This document shows positions 1 to 10,764 of a DNA stretch of 25,830 nt, one piece after another. The notes below the pieces were generated by a model that was not told the origin of the DNA, did not search any database, and was given only the letters and a program-made list of their open reading frames with translations. The stretch covers positions 1 to 25,830 of the forward strand of contig NW_021836019.1 in assembly GCF_006345805.1 (NCBI RefSeq). The letters are read 5' to 3'. Within the stretch, counting starts at the first letter, position 1, and each line of letters starts with the position of its first letter. This stretch comes from Octopus sinensis (taxonomy: Eukaryota). The position numbers and the translations under genes are program-made.

Positions 1-361
1 GAATGCACTGTGTTGTTGTTGTTGCGTTCTCTGTACACCAAACACTAACGGTTATCTTGACATGTCAAAGTTCGTTCACCAATAATCAGAGGACACGTAC
101 ACATACGTCTGCCCACAAAAAAAAAAACACCAGCTAATAGCAAATAGCTACAGTTCTTTAAGCTGGAACTTAGCTTAACTGATTTACATACTGTACATTC
201 GCCAGTGCAGTATAATTAAGCAATTAATAAATATTTATGCAAAATACGGCATTGATTAGAAAATCTTAAGATAAATTTTTGATGATCATTAGTACAGATG
301 ATTGGAGAATGAAAGAGAAAGAAAAAATCTTTTTCCATAAAATGCGCTACAAAATACTAAA

Positions 362-442
362 CTGCATCACCTGGCCCAGGAATTGAAACAGTAATCTCAC
401 AATGATGAGTTCAACACACTAACCACTGAGCAATGTGCCACC
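362..442 (-). mobile_element. Degenerate tRNA-derived SINE head
   Basis: Minus strand reads TGCTCAGTGGTTAG (A-box-like) ... GTTTCAATTCCTGGGCC (B-box-like), parallel to the family A head at 475. Confidence 0.55.
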
Positions 443-474
443 GCATGTAAGTATGTATGTATGTATATTTGTAT

Positions 475-858
475 GTGGAGGCGCAATGGCCTAGTGGTTA
501 GGGCAGCGGACTCACGGTCGTAGGATCGCAGTTTCGATTCCCAGACCGGGCTTTATGAGTGTTGATTGAGCGAAAACACCTAAAGCTCCACGAGGCTCCG
601 GCAAGGGATGGTGGTGATCCCTGCTGTACTCATTCACCACAACTTTCTCTCACTCTTACTTCCTGTTTCTTCTGTTGTGCCTGTATTTCAAAGGGCCAGC
701 CTTGTCACTCTCTGTGTCACGCTGAATATCCCCAGAAACTACGTTAAGGGTACACGTGTCTGTGGAGTGCTCAGCCACTTACACTTAATTTCACGAGCAG
801 GCTGTTCCGTTGATTGGATCACCGGAACCCTCGTCGTCGTAACTGACGGAGTGCTTCC
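475..858 (+). mobile_element. tRNA-derived SINE, family A, copy 1 (tail type 1)
   Basis: A box TGGCCTAGTGG (487-497) and B box GTTTCGATTCC (531-541). Head and body are shared with the copies at 19382 and 21796. Confidence 0.85.
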
Positions 859-1005
859 CATATTTGTATATATTTATGTAAATTATAAATTAGGCATTTT
901 AAATTTGACCAGACCCCGGTGCCTTACCATTTAAGTGCCTGGTTCACTTAACCCCAATCTTTTGTATATATTTATGTATATATGTATATATATGTGTGTG
1001 TGTGT

Positions 1006-1176
1006 CATCATCGTCGTTTAATGTCTGCTTTCCATGCTGGCATGGGTTGGACGGTTTGACTGAGGGCTGACAAGCCAGAAGGCTGCACCAGGCTCGAGTT
1101 GGATCTGGCAGAGTTTCTACAGCTGGATGCCCTTCCTAATGCCAACCACTCCGAGAGTGTAGTGGGTGCTTTTTAC
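1006..1176 (-). mobile_element. RTE-like retroposon 3' tail, family C, (GAT)n-terminated
   Basis: CATCATC...CCATGCTGGCATGGGTTGGACGG...GGATGCCCTTCCTAATGCCAACCAC...GGGTGCTTTTTAC recurs many times in both orientations. The short tandem-repeat tail is typical of RTE-clade ends; the clade assignment is inference. Confidence 0.75.
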
Positions 1177-1339
1177 ATATATGTATAAATATATATGTGT
1201 ATATATATATAGAGAGAGGTGAGAGGTAGGCATCTATATACCATAGTTAAAACAGATACATCATATGAAACCTAATTATCTTGATTGTGGCCATTAATTA
1301 GGCTTTACATGGTGTGTGCCACACCTCAGTGGACAGTGA

Positions 1340-1805
1340 GCAATGAATATGGACCACAAAATCAGAGAAAACTGTCAATGAACACTACCTGGGGGTTCTT
1401 TGTTGCCTTCATGAAGCTGTGCTAGTGAAAACGACCTGACCTGTGGGCAGCAAAGAACTAGCAACTCCACCATGACAATGTACCCCCTCATTCTGCCCAC
1501 ATCGTCCAAATAGTCCTCGTCAAGCAAAACACACCACTTGTTTGTCAGTCTTCCTACTCCCCAGACTTGGTTCCGTGTAACTTTTTGCTATTCCCAAAGA
1601 GAGAAGATTTGACTCAACAGAGGACATTAAGCAAAATTCAACAGCACGGCTCTACAGCATCCCAAAATGTGATTTCCAGAAATGTTTCCAGCAATGGCAG
1701 GAACGCTGGCAAAAGTGTGTCGATCCCCAAGGATCAAAATGGTGAGTTTTTTTAATATTACTATGTTTATTGGCCAATGGTCAGATTCTTTTAGACTACA
1801 TCTCA
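1340..1805 (+). pseudogene. Decayed mariner (DD34D) transposase C-terminal half plus probable right TIR
   Basis: From 1462 reads QLHHDNVPPHSAHIVQIVLVKQNTPLVCQSSYSPDLVPCNFLLFPK, matching the mariner HDNA.PH and YSPDLAP.DF.LF motifs with 34 residues between D1474 and position 1579. After a frameshift it reads RFDSTEDIKQNSTARLYSIPKCDFQKCFQQWQERWQKCVDPQG. An upstream in-frame stop is present. It ends ...TAGACTACATCTCA|TA. Confidence 0.9.
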
Positions 1806-1822
1806 TATATATTTATATATAT

Positions 1823-2220
1823 ATAGGCGCATGAGTGGCCGTGTGGTAAGTAGCTTGTTTACGAACCACATGGTTCCGGGTTCAGTCCCACTGCCTGACA
1901 CCTTGGGCAAGAGTCTTCTGCTAAAGCCTCGGGCCGACCAAAGCCTTGTGAGTGGATTTGGTAGACGGAAACTGAAAGAAGCCCGTCGTATATATGTATA
2001 TATATATATGTGTATGTTTGTGTGTCTGTGTTTGTCCCCCTAGCATTGCTTGACAACCGATGCTGGTGTGTTTATGTCCCCGTCACTTAGCGGTTCGGCA
2101 AAAGAGACCGATAGAATAAGTTCTGGGCTTACAAAGAATAAGTGCCAGGGTTGAGTTGCTCGATTAAAGGCGGTGCTCCAGCATGGCCACAGTCAAATGA
2201 CTGAAACAAGTAAAAGAGTA
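1823..2220 (+). mobile_element. tRNA-derived SINE, family B, near full length
   Basis: Head ATAGGCGCATGAGTGGCCGTGTGGTAAG...GGGTTCAGTCCC, then ACCTTGGGCAAG (resembles the CORE-SINE motif), an internal (TA)/(TG) microsatellite, and a tail ending GACTGAAACAAGTAAAAGAG. About ten related copies are in the window. Confidence 0.85.
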
Positions 2221-3171
2221 ATATATATATATACGTTATATAATTAGGGCTCAGTAAAATAATTTACTTTGCCACATACTGAAATTTTTAGAAATAGCAG
2301 CCAAAAAGTTTTTTAGCCATTTCTACTACTTTAAGAAAAGTCTCCCAGATAATTAATTGATTTTTCCCTTTATTATTGATAATATATATATATATAGAGA
2401 GAGAGAGAGGTGTGGCAGAGAAAGACACACACGCTAAACACAGATTGAGATAGAGATAGAAAGAGAGAGAGAGAGAGACAGAGAAAGACCCAGTTACAGA
2501 GAAAGGCATACAGTCACAGAGAGAGAGAGAGAGAGAGAGAGCGAGAGGACTGGTTATTGCTGACTGACCATAATTTCTTTCCAAACCCCGCCAGCTATAG
2601 ACAGACATAAGGTCACAGTCAAATTTGTCTTCCCCCAGCATCTCGAAGATCTATTTCAAATGACATCCATTTCCATCAGCGCATAAACAATATTTGGTGC
2701 TGTTCATATTCCTCACCTACTTACAACTCATTTGCTTCTTTCTTTTTTTTTACCATGCCAACTTACCGTTTTTCTACTTCTTGTATCTAATTTCCATTCC
2801 ATCAATTCATAATTTTCCTTTGCTATTTTCATTTCTTAGTTCTTCGTCTCTTTCTTTTCTTCCTCTGCTGGTGGGCAATGATTTTTTTATTTATTTTGGT
2901 ATTTTGTTTCAGGTTTTTCATTTTTGTTCTAGATTGCTTTTTTTTTTCCCCACCTTTTTTTGCTATTTCCATGGGGGAAAAGGGGTTGCATGTTCTTCTT
3001 TTCTTCCTCCTCTTTCTTAATCATTTCCCACCACAACCCCTCATTCTAAATTTGTATATTTCTACATAATTTCTTTAATACACACACACACACACACACA
3101 CACCACACCACACATGAATACAAATATGACATACAAACATACATATATATGTACATATATACATGTTGCCA

Positions 3172-3325
3172 TGTAGTAGCACCTGTGAAACACCATGTAG
3201 ACGTGCCCAGCACAGTTTGTAAAGTGGTTGGCATTAGGAAGGGCATCCAGCCATAGAAACTATGTCAGACCAAATGATGTCCAACCCATGCCAGCATGGA
3301 CAACAGACATTAAACGATGATGATG
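3172..3325 (+). mobile_element. Family C RTE-like tail
   Basis: GTGGTTGGCATTAGGAAGGGCATCCAGC...CCATGCCAGCATGG...TTAAACGATGATGATG. Confidence 0.75.
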
Positions 3326-3377
3326 GTATACAAAAATGCATTCATATATATATGTATATATATACAGAAATATATAT

Positions 3378-3637
3378 CATCATCATTTAGCGTCCGTTTT
3401 CCATGCTAGCATGGGTTGGACGGTTCAACTGGGGTCTGGGAAACCAGAAGGCTGCACCAGGCCCAGTCTGGTCTGGCAATGTTTCTACGGCTGGATGCCC
3501 TTCCTAACGCCAACCACTCCGTGAGTGTAGTGGGTGCTTTTTACATGCCACTGGCACAGGTGCCAGACAAGGCTGACAAACGGCCACGATCAGATGGTGC
3601 TTTTTACGTGCCACCAGCACGGGGACCAGGCGAGGCT
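3378..3637 (-). mobile_element. Family C RTE-like tail, inverted relative to 3172-3325
   Basis: CATCATCATTTAGCGTCCGTTTTCCATGCTAGCATGGG...GGATGCCCTTCCTAACGCCAACC. Confidence 0.8.
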
Positions 3638-3710
3638 CATATATTAATAGTAATAGTATGACAACAAAAGAATGGATGAGACATCAATATTATGTAAATA
3701 GAGGAATTTA

Positions 3711-3949
3711 TCTGTAATATAGTACGTGACAATTGTTCGGTTGTCATAGTAAAACTCTGAGTTTTGGATGTTGAGGCAGAAATCTGCTCCGGCATCTCGT
3801 CAGTGAATTAGTTCTGGAGATGATATGATCTTGAAGACATTGCGGAAATCTGTTATAACTGATGAGATGCTGGAGCAGATTTCTGCCCTGACATCCGAAA
3901 CTCAGAGTTTTATTATGGAACCAAATAATTGTCACATATTTTATTACAG

Positions 3950-3950
<1 letters not shown>
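3711..3950. repeat. Long foldback inverted repeat (about 93-bp arms, 53-nt spacer) carrying a hammerhead-like motif
   Basis: 3711-3804 is the imperfect reverse complement of 3858-3950 (TCTGTAATA...TATTACAGA). TA flanks both ends. Confidence 0.9.
3855..3913 (+). ncRNA. Candidate minimal type I hammerhead ribozyme
   Basis: ATAA-CTGATGA(3859)-GATG..GCAGATTTCTGC..CATCC-GAAAC-TCAGA-GTT-TTAT. Core boxes are intact, helix I is ATAA/TTAT, and helix II needs one bulged C. Confidence 0.5.
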
Positions 3951-3984
<34 letters not shown>

Positions 3985-4042
3985 ATATATATTACACACA
4001 CACATACACAATATATATTATATATTATATGATACAGAGAGA

Positions 4043-4190
4043 GTCCCTTATAACTTAGCAGTTCGGCAAAACAGACCGATAGAATAAGTACTGGGCTTAC
4101 AAAGAATAAGTCCTGGGGTCGATTTACTCGACTAAAGGCAGTGCTCCAGCATGGCCACAGTCAAATGACTGAAAACAAGTAAAAGAGTAA
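4043..4190 (+). mobile_element. Family B SINE 3' half
   Basis: ACTTAGCAGTTCGGCAAAACAGACCGATAGAATAAGTACTGGGC...GACTGAAAACAAGTAAAAGAG matches 2080-2220. Confidence 0.85.
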
Positions 4191-4381
4191 ATGACATATA
4201 CATACATATATATATATATATGTGATATATATATATTATATATATGTGTATATATATAATATATATATATAGCTTAAGGACAACTACTTAATAAGGAAAA
4301 CTTAACAAGAAATTGTCAGGTAGATAGCGTGAAAACCTCATAAGAGAATAAAGTTCGAAAATAATTATTTCTTATTGAACA

Positions 4382-4417
<36 letters not shown>

Positions 4418-5039
4418 ACATATATATGTATATATATATTTACATATATATATTTACATATATATATATATAATATAATATATATATATTTACCATATAT
4501 ATATATGGTGTGTGGTATGTCTATAGTATTATATCTTAGACTAATTAATAACGTCTACAGAGAAATAAAATGAAAAATATATTTTAAAAATGAATGTTAA
4601 TTAAATGCCTGAATGAGCAGCTGTTGCTAATTAAGGTTGTAATTGTTCAAGACTGCTGGCCTCATCATCCATCTATTGGCACTACGTTGCAATCGTTTTG
4701 ATTCCCCATCAGTGTTTATAAGTCTTATTTTTTTTAAAGTGATTCATTTTGTTATTTTTGATGGTTTCTAGCGTCAGTCAATGGATTGCGGCAATGCTGG
4801 AGCATCTCCTTCAGGAAGGATTTTGGATTTTTTTTGTGTTGTTCGGTTTTTTTGTTTTTTTTTTTTTTTGGGGGGGGGGGGTTTGCTTTTTTTCTCTCTT
4901 TCAAGTTGATTATAAAGACACCCACGGCTCACACTGTACTTTTCAGAAATGATGAGAAATCATGCCTGATGTTTATGCGTTTGGTCACGGGCTAGATTTG
5001 AACTGAGTACCTGGGGGTTAATAATGTCCTAATCCACAC

Positions 5040-5410
5040 AAGAAGAAGAAGGGGATGATGAGGGGGGGGAGAAGAAGAAGAAGAAGAAGAAGAGGAGGAT
5101 GGGGAGAAGAAGAAGAGGAGGAGGGGGAGGGGGGAAGGAGGAGGGAAAGAAAGAAGAGAGGAGGAGGGAGGAGGAGGGGAGGGGAAGGAGGAGGGGGAGA
5201 GGGGAAGGAGAAGAAGGGGATGAGGAGGAGGCGGGGGGAAGGAGGAGGGGGAGGAGGGGGAGGAGAATAAGAGGAGGAGGAGGAGGAGGAGGAAGATAGG
5301 CGGGGAAGGATGAGGAGGGGAGAGAAGAAGAAGAAGATGAGGAGGAAGAGAAGAAGAAAAAGAAGAAGATGATGGCGAAGAAGACAAGTAGTAGTAGTAG
5401 TAGTAGTAGT
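5040..5410. repeat. Polypurine (GAA/GGA)n block followed by (GTA)n
   Basis: About 350 nt that are almost exclusively G or A on the + strand. Confidence 0.95.
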
Positions 5411-5514
5411 AATGGACAGTTATTGAAGGCAATGGAAACATTGCAGAGAGCAGAGGTTAGAATATTATTAAGATGGAGTTCAACTGACTGATAAAATGTT
5501 ATATTACTAAAGAC

Positions 5515-5786
5515 ACTGGATGATGGATGGGTGGATTTCTGAGTGGTTGGTTGTGTGTTTGTGTGGAGTACTTGAATGGGTTGGTAGATGGTTCACTGGG
5601 TGGACTGGTGTGGAGATGTATATGTAGAGAGATTGGTTACGAATTAGATGGATGATAGACTGGATGGATAGGTGGGTGGATTTATGGGTGAGATAGAGAG
5701 AAAGATTGATGGATGGACGGATGGATGGATGGGGAGAGAGAGATAGATTGGTAAGTGGAAAGACTGACAGAGAGATAGATAGATAG

Positions 5787-5817
<31 letters not shown>

Positions 5818-5840
5818 CATAGGCAGACAGACAGACAGAC

Positions 5841-5914
<74 letters not shown>

Positions 5915-5915
5915 G
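5515..5915. repeat. Compound tetranucleotide microsatellite (GGAT, GATA, CATA, GACA)
   Basis: Direct inspection. Confidence 0.9.
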
Positions 5916-6129
5916 TTTCTTTATTGGCCACACAGGGCTGCACACAGATGGGACAAGTTACAAGGTAGAGCTTTTCTTTTGGTGGGGGAGAAAAAAAAAG
6001 GTGGTGTAGGTTTTCCATCAAAAGGGATCGTAAAAAGGGAAAAAAAAAAGAAAAAAGAAAAAAAGGAAAATAAAAAAAAATAAAAAGGGAAAAGGAACAA
6101 AAGAAAAGAAAAATGAAAAAAGAAGAAAA

Positions 6130-6163
<34 letters not shown>

Positions 6164-6331
6164 GGGGACAAACAGGCAGGAAGGCAAGTAGATGGGCAGA
6201 GAAGTGACTAACAGATAGACAGATTGACATACAGAAAAGGTAAACAGATGAATAGATAAATATATAGACAGGTATATTGCAAAAAAAAGTAGATACATAC
6301 ATTCAAACACAAATACATACCACATATACAT

Positions 6332-6362
<31 letters not shown>

Positions 6363-6552
6363 TATATATATATTTATAAATATATATATAAATGTATGTA
6401 TATATATTTTGTGTGTGTGTGTATATATATATATATATCTATATACATGCATATATTCACAGAGACAGACAGATCATGTGACTCAAGATAAAAAGGTGTA
6501 GAAAGGAGGGAGGAAAAGAAAGGACTTTCTTTGATTTCTTCAGACTGACAGG

Positions 6553-6630
6553 GCCCGGGGAAGGCGGGGTGGGGGTGCAAGGAGGGGCAGGGTGGTGGGT
6601 GGGGGTGGCGGAGTCGGGGGGGGGGGGGTT
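6553..6630 (+). other. G-tract cluster, potential G-quadruplex
   Basis: At least 8 runs of three or more G in about 80 nt (GGGCCCGGGGAAGGCGGGGTGGGGGTG...). Confidence 0.55.
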
Positions 6631-7204
6631 GTTTACGCAATGAATAATGATGGCTGCATTGAAAAGTATGCTAGATCAGAAGACTGATGGTAAATTAATG
6701 AGAAAATAATAAGGATGGCAAGAAGCAACAACAACAATAACAATAACAACAACATCGACAACAACTACAACCACTATTACTACAACTACTAAAATTACAG
6801 CAAAACTGATCAATTAATTATTTACTAATTAGGAAAAAAAAAACAATAACAACAAAGTCATAAAATAAAAATCAAAGCATTTGGTTGAGTTGGGGGGGGG
6901 GGAATATATAGCTTTTGCAGGGGGGGGGATTTTTTTTTTATTTTGTGGTTATATTTGTAGATTTTTTTTGTTTGTTTCTGCATTTTTTAATATTTTTTTT
7001 TTGGTTTATGATGTTTATTTCTTTTTTATGATGCGGTTTATTGCTTTTAAATTTTCTGTTGCAGTGGTGGTGGAGGGGTGGGTGGTGGTGATGGTGGTTG
7101 TGGTGGGGTTTTTATGTAGTGGTGGTTGTGGTGGTTCCAGTGGTGGCAGCAGAGGCAACGGCGATTATGGTTTTTATTTTGTTCGTCATGTTTTTTTCCT
7201 TCTC

Positions 7205-7721
7205 TCCCTCTATCTGTTTATCTATCTATTTCTATCTACCTATCTCCATCTATTGATCTATCTTTCTATTTCTATCTATCTACCCATCTATCTACCCATC
7301 AACCTATCTACTTATCTATCTATATATGTACCTGCCTACATACCGATCTATCAATCTAGCTATACATCTACCTACCTCTCTATCTCTTTATCTACCTATC
7401 TATTTATCTATCTATATACCTACCTGCCTACCTACCTATCTATCTACCTATTTGTCTACCTACATACCTACAACCTATCTATCAATCCAGCTATACACAT
7501 CTCACCTATATCCATTCTTTACTATCTATCTATCTACCTATTTGTCTACCTGCATACCTACATACCTATCTATCAATCCAGCTATACACATCTACCTACT
7601 TATCCATCTCTTTATCTATCTATCTATCTACCTATTTGTCTACCTGCATACCTACATACCTATCTATCAATCCAGCTATACACATCTACCTATTTATCCA
7701 TCTCTTTAGCTATCTATCTAC

Positions 7722-7760
<39 letters not shown>

Positions 7761-7856
7761 CCTACCTACCTATCTATCTATCTATCTATCTATATATCTA
7801 TATATCTATCTATCTATATATCTATCTATCTATCTATTTATCTACCTACCTATCTG
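7205..7856. repeat. (CTAT/CTAC)n microsatellite with a 90-94-bp higher-order repeat
   Basis: TTTGTCTACC recurs at 7451, 7541 and 7635, each followed by ATCAATCCAGCTATACACATCT. Confidence 0.9.
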
Positions 7857-8059
7857 TCCCTTGCCTGTTAAGTTCATGCAATAAAAGTTCTCTGCAATTA
7901 CTGGTGCTTGTAATTATAGAAAAAAAAAGGAAAGAAACAGCTGGAGTCCACTGGAATCTAAACCAAGATGTCAGTCACTACAACAACAGCAACCAAAACA
8001 ATGAGGGACAGAAGACATGGGGGTGTGGAGAAGATCTATGCGATCTCTCACAAGGACAA

Positions 8060-8210
8060 TGTCATCCTAGGTATATTTATTTCTGTTGCCAACCCTCATC
8101 TGTTTCCAAGCAAGGTAATATTTTTCCCCCATGGCCAGAAGTTTCTCATGGAAGATTTGGAAATGAACAACATCGTTTGTACCATGATGATGCTCATTTG
8201 CAATCATCAT
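8060..8210. mobile_element. Interspersed repeat, family D (family C-related)
   Basis: CAACCCTCATCTGTTTCCAA...GTAATAT...AAATGAACAACA is shared with 23612-23850. Confidence 0.6.
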
Positions 8211-8214
8211 AATT

Positions 8215-8452
8215 TGGTGCCGCTTAAGAAGCACTCGTGCCAGTGCCACGTGAGGGCTCCCATTCTGAGGCCATATCAAAAGCACCCAGCACACATAGTA
8301 AGGTGGTTGGTGTTAGGAAGGGCAACCTGCTGTAGAAACCATGCCAAATCAGACTGGAATCTGGTACAGCTTTGCAGCTTGCCAGCTCTGGTGAAACTGT
8401 CCAACCCATGCCAGTATGGAAAATAGACATTAAAGGATGATGATGATGATGT
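8215..8452 (+). mobile_element. Family C RTE-like tail
   Basis: AAAAGCACCCAGCACAC...TTAGGAAGGGCAACC...CCATGCCAGTATGGAAAATAGACATTAAAGGATGATGATG. Confidence 0.75.
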
Positions 8453-8474
8453 GATATCAAAACAAGGACAGATG

Positions 8475-8665
8475 GATGGACAAACACACATACAGACAAA
8501 AGGTTTTTTCCAGTTTCCATCTATCAAACCCACTCACAAGGCTTTGGCTGATCCAAGGCTTTTAGTAGAAGACATTGCCCAAGACGAAACACACAGTAGG
8601 ACTGAACCTGAGACCAGATGATTGGGAAGTAAACTTCTTAACCACACAGCCACACCTGTGCCTAT
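8475..8665 (-). mobile_element. Family B SINE 5' half
   Basis: Reverse complement of the head and CTTGGGCAA segment of the 1823 copy. Confidence 0.75.
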
Positions 8666-9090
8666 GACGACAATTGTGCCAACAGCCACACCTGTGCCTA
8701 CAACCACATCTGTGCCTATGACAGCACCTGTACTTATAGTCACACATGCTTATGATGACACCTGTGCTTACAGCCACACCTGCACCTACATCCACACCTG
8801 TACCTATAGCCACACATGCTTATGATGACACCTGTGCCTATGGCCTCACCTGTGCCTATAGCCACACATGCTTATGATAACACCTGTGCCTATGGCCTCA
8901 CCTGTGCCTATGGCCTCACCTGTGCCTATAGCCACACATGCCTATGATGACACCTGTGCCTACAGCCATACCTGTGGCTATGATGGCACCTGTACCTCTA
9001 GCCACACTTGTGCTTATGACAGCCCTATGCGTATAGCTACACCTGTGCCTATGACAACACCTATGCTTATAGTCACACCTGTGCCTATGA
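8645..9090. repeat. Minisatellite of about 18-bp ACACCTGTGCCTAT-core units
   Basis: More than 20 variant units (GCCACACCTGTGCCTATG, GCCACACATGCTTATGATG), contiguous with the SINE B head. Confidence 0.9.
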
Positions 9091-9227
9091 GGAAATTTAA
9101 GATGAAATTTTTGTAATATGTTCATCTGTGTTAGAAAATTATGATTTGAACCAGTTTCTACATAAATGGCAGATTGAATATGATGAAGAGAGAGGGGTTA
9201 GCAATTTTACAAAACATCTTTTATTGT

Positions 9228-9548
9228 CTGTTTCAGTCTTTGGATTGCAATCATTCTGGGGTGCCACCATGAAGGATTCTAGTGTTGACCCCAGTACTCA
9301 TTTATAAGCTTGGTACTTATTGTATTAGCCCTTTTTGCCAAACCACTAAGTTACAGGGACATAAATAAACCAACACATACACACACACACAAAAGAAGTT
9401 TCTTTCTGTTTTTGTCAACCAAATTCACTTGTCCAGGGAAATAGTGGATGACACTTGCCCAAGGTGCCACACAATGGGACTGAACCCCCCACTCCCCACG
9501 CAAGGTCATATGATTGGGAAGAAAGGTTTTTACCATACAGCCATGCCT
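9228..9548 (-). mobile_element. Family B SINE, degenerate
   Basis: GACCCCAGTACTCATTTATAAGCTTGGTACTTATT...ACACTTGCCCAAGGTGCCAC...GGGACTGAACC. Confidence 0.7.
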
Positions 9549-10125
9549 CGAGAAAAATTAAGTGATTGCGAGAATCATTTGAAACTGGATTTAGTAATTA
9601 TTACTAACGAGGAAGACTACATGTTCACTCACATTTATAAAACCATTTTCACTTTGTAATAAATTAAAAAAAAATATTAAAAAATAAAAAAAAAACAAGA
9701 GAGAGATAAAATATGGAAATGCCTAATAAACATACAAAAATGAAAATTACTGAGTTGAAAACAAATTCATTAATGAAAATGGAATTTCATGAGCTTCACT
9801 CAGTTCCAAATATTGTTGACGAGATTAATTTTTGGTAGTAATCATTACTCTGTGAATAGTTTTTTTTCAGAACTAAAACAAAACACATAAAGATTAAAAA
9901 AAAAAAAATAAACACAAGCAAAAAAAATTTGCCCAGAAAACATCTGTCATTTTAAAATGACATACAGATGTGAATGAACATTTTCATCCATGAAACTGAT
10001 AAAAAAAAAACAACAAAAGACAAACAAAAACAAAAGACAAAAAAAGAAAAGAAACATAACACTGAAGTCGCAATTGACTGATTCCAATTTAAAGAACTTG
10101 CTACTGCTGCTGCTGTTGCTCTCAG

Positions 10126-10163
10126 TAACTAATTTAACTCCAAACATTAAAAGTCTCATTAAG
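10126..10163 (+). CDS. Weak candidate 38-nt exon (xTNLTPNIKSLIK)
   Basis: GTTGCTCTCAG acceptor and AAG|GTAATG donor followed by a T-rich tract. Only one frame is open (phase 1 in, phase 0 out). Confidence 0.2.
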
Positions 10164-10249
10164 GTAATGTTTTGTTTTGTTGTTTTTTATTAATATATTA
10201 AATCATTATATCATGTAAAAAAAAAAACATACAAAATATATCATTGCCA

Positions 10250-10460
10250 TTATCATCATCATCATCATCATTTAATGTCCGTCTTCCATGCTGGCATGAT
10301 TCCGCTGGTCTGGCAGGATCCAATGAGCCAGAGAACTGCATCGAGCACCAGTGTCTGCTTAAGCATGGTTTTCATGGCTGCATGGCCCTTCCTAATGGCT
10401 AACCACTTTACAGAGTGTACTGGGTGCTTTTTTTTTTTCATGTAGCACTAGCACTAGGTA
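10250..10460 (-). mobile_element. Family C RTE-like tail
   Basis: (CAT)n TTAATGTCCGTCTTCCATGCTGGCATG...CCCTTCCTAATGGCTAACCAC...GGGTGCTTTT. Confidence 0.7.
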
Positions 10461-10519
10461 GGTCACCGAATTACTCACAACACAAAGGAAAAAAATCCTT
10501 CGACTAAATGGGGATTTTG

Positions 10520-10700
10520 GTAGGCACATAAAAAGCACCCAATACACTCTGTAAAGTGGTTGGCATTAGGAGGGGCATCCAGTCATAATAAACTATGCCA
10601 AAGCAGACAATAGAGCAGTTCTCTGGCTTGCCTTGTTTCTGTCAAACCATCCAACCCATGGAAGACGGGCATTATATAATGATGATGATGATGATGATGA
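10520..10700 (+). mobile_element. Family C RTE-like tail, inverted relative to 10250-10460
   Basis: AAAAAGCACCCAATACACTCTGTAAAGTGGTTGGCATTAGG...CCAACCCATGG...(GAT)n. Confidence 0.7.
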
Positions 10701-10764
10701 TGTAAATGTTGGCATGGATGTTTGGTTAAAAGCTTGTTTTGCAATCGTGGTTTTGGGCTGTTTT

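Noticed and set aside
475-550. Functional tRNA genes at 475, 19382 and 21796
   Set aside because: They have A and B boxes but no convincing acceptor stem, and each continues into a shared SINE body.
3709-3952. Plain Tc1/mariner MITE with TA TSD
   Set aside because: Not excluded, but the ends do not resemble the mariner TIRs seen in this window and TA flanks are uninformative next to (TA)n. The hammerhead core plus helix I argues for another origin.
6881-8212. 443-aa ORF, the longest in the track
   Set aside because: It starts at TTG and is mostly translated poly-T, (GGT)n and (CTAT)n repeats (YLSI/PTY), then a family D repeat. It has no domain-like sequence.
9990-10193. Signal-peptide-like ORF (poly-K then LLLLLLLL)
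   Set aside because: Poly-K comes from an A-rich tract and poly-L from a (CTG)n run. Only the last 38 nt were kept as a weak exon candidate.
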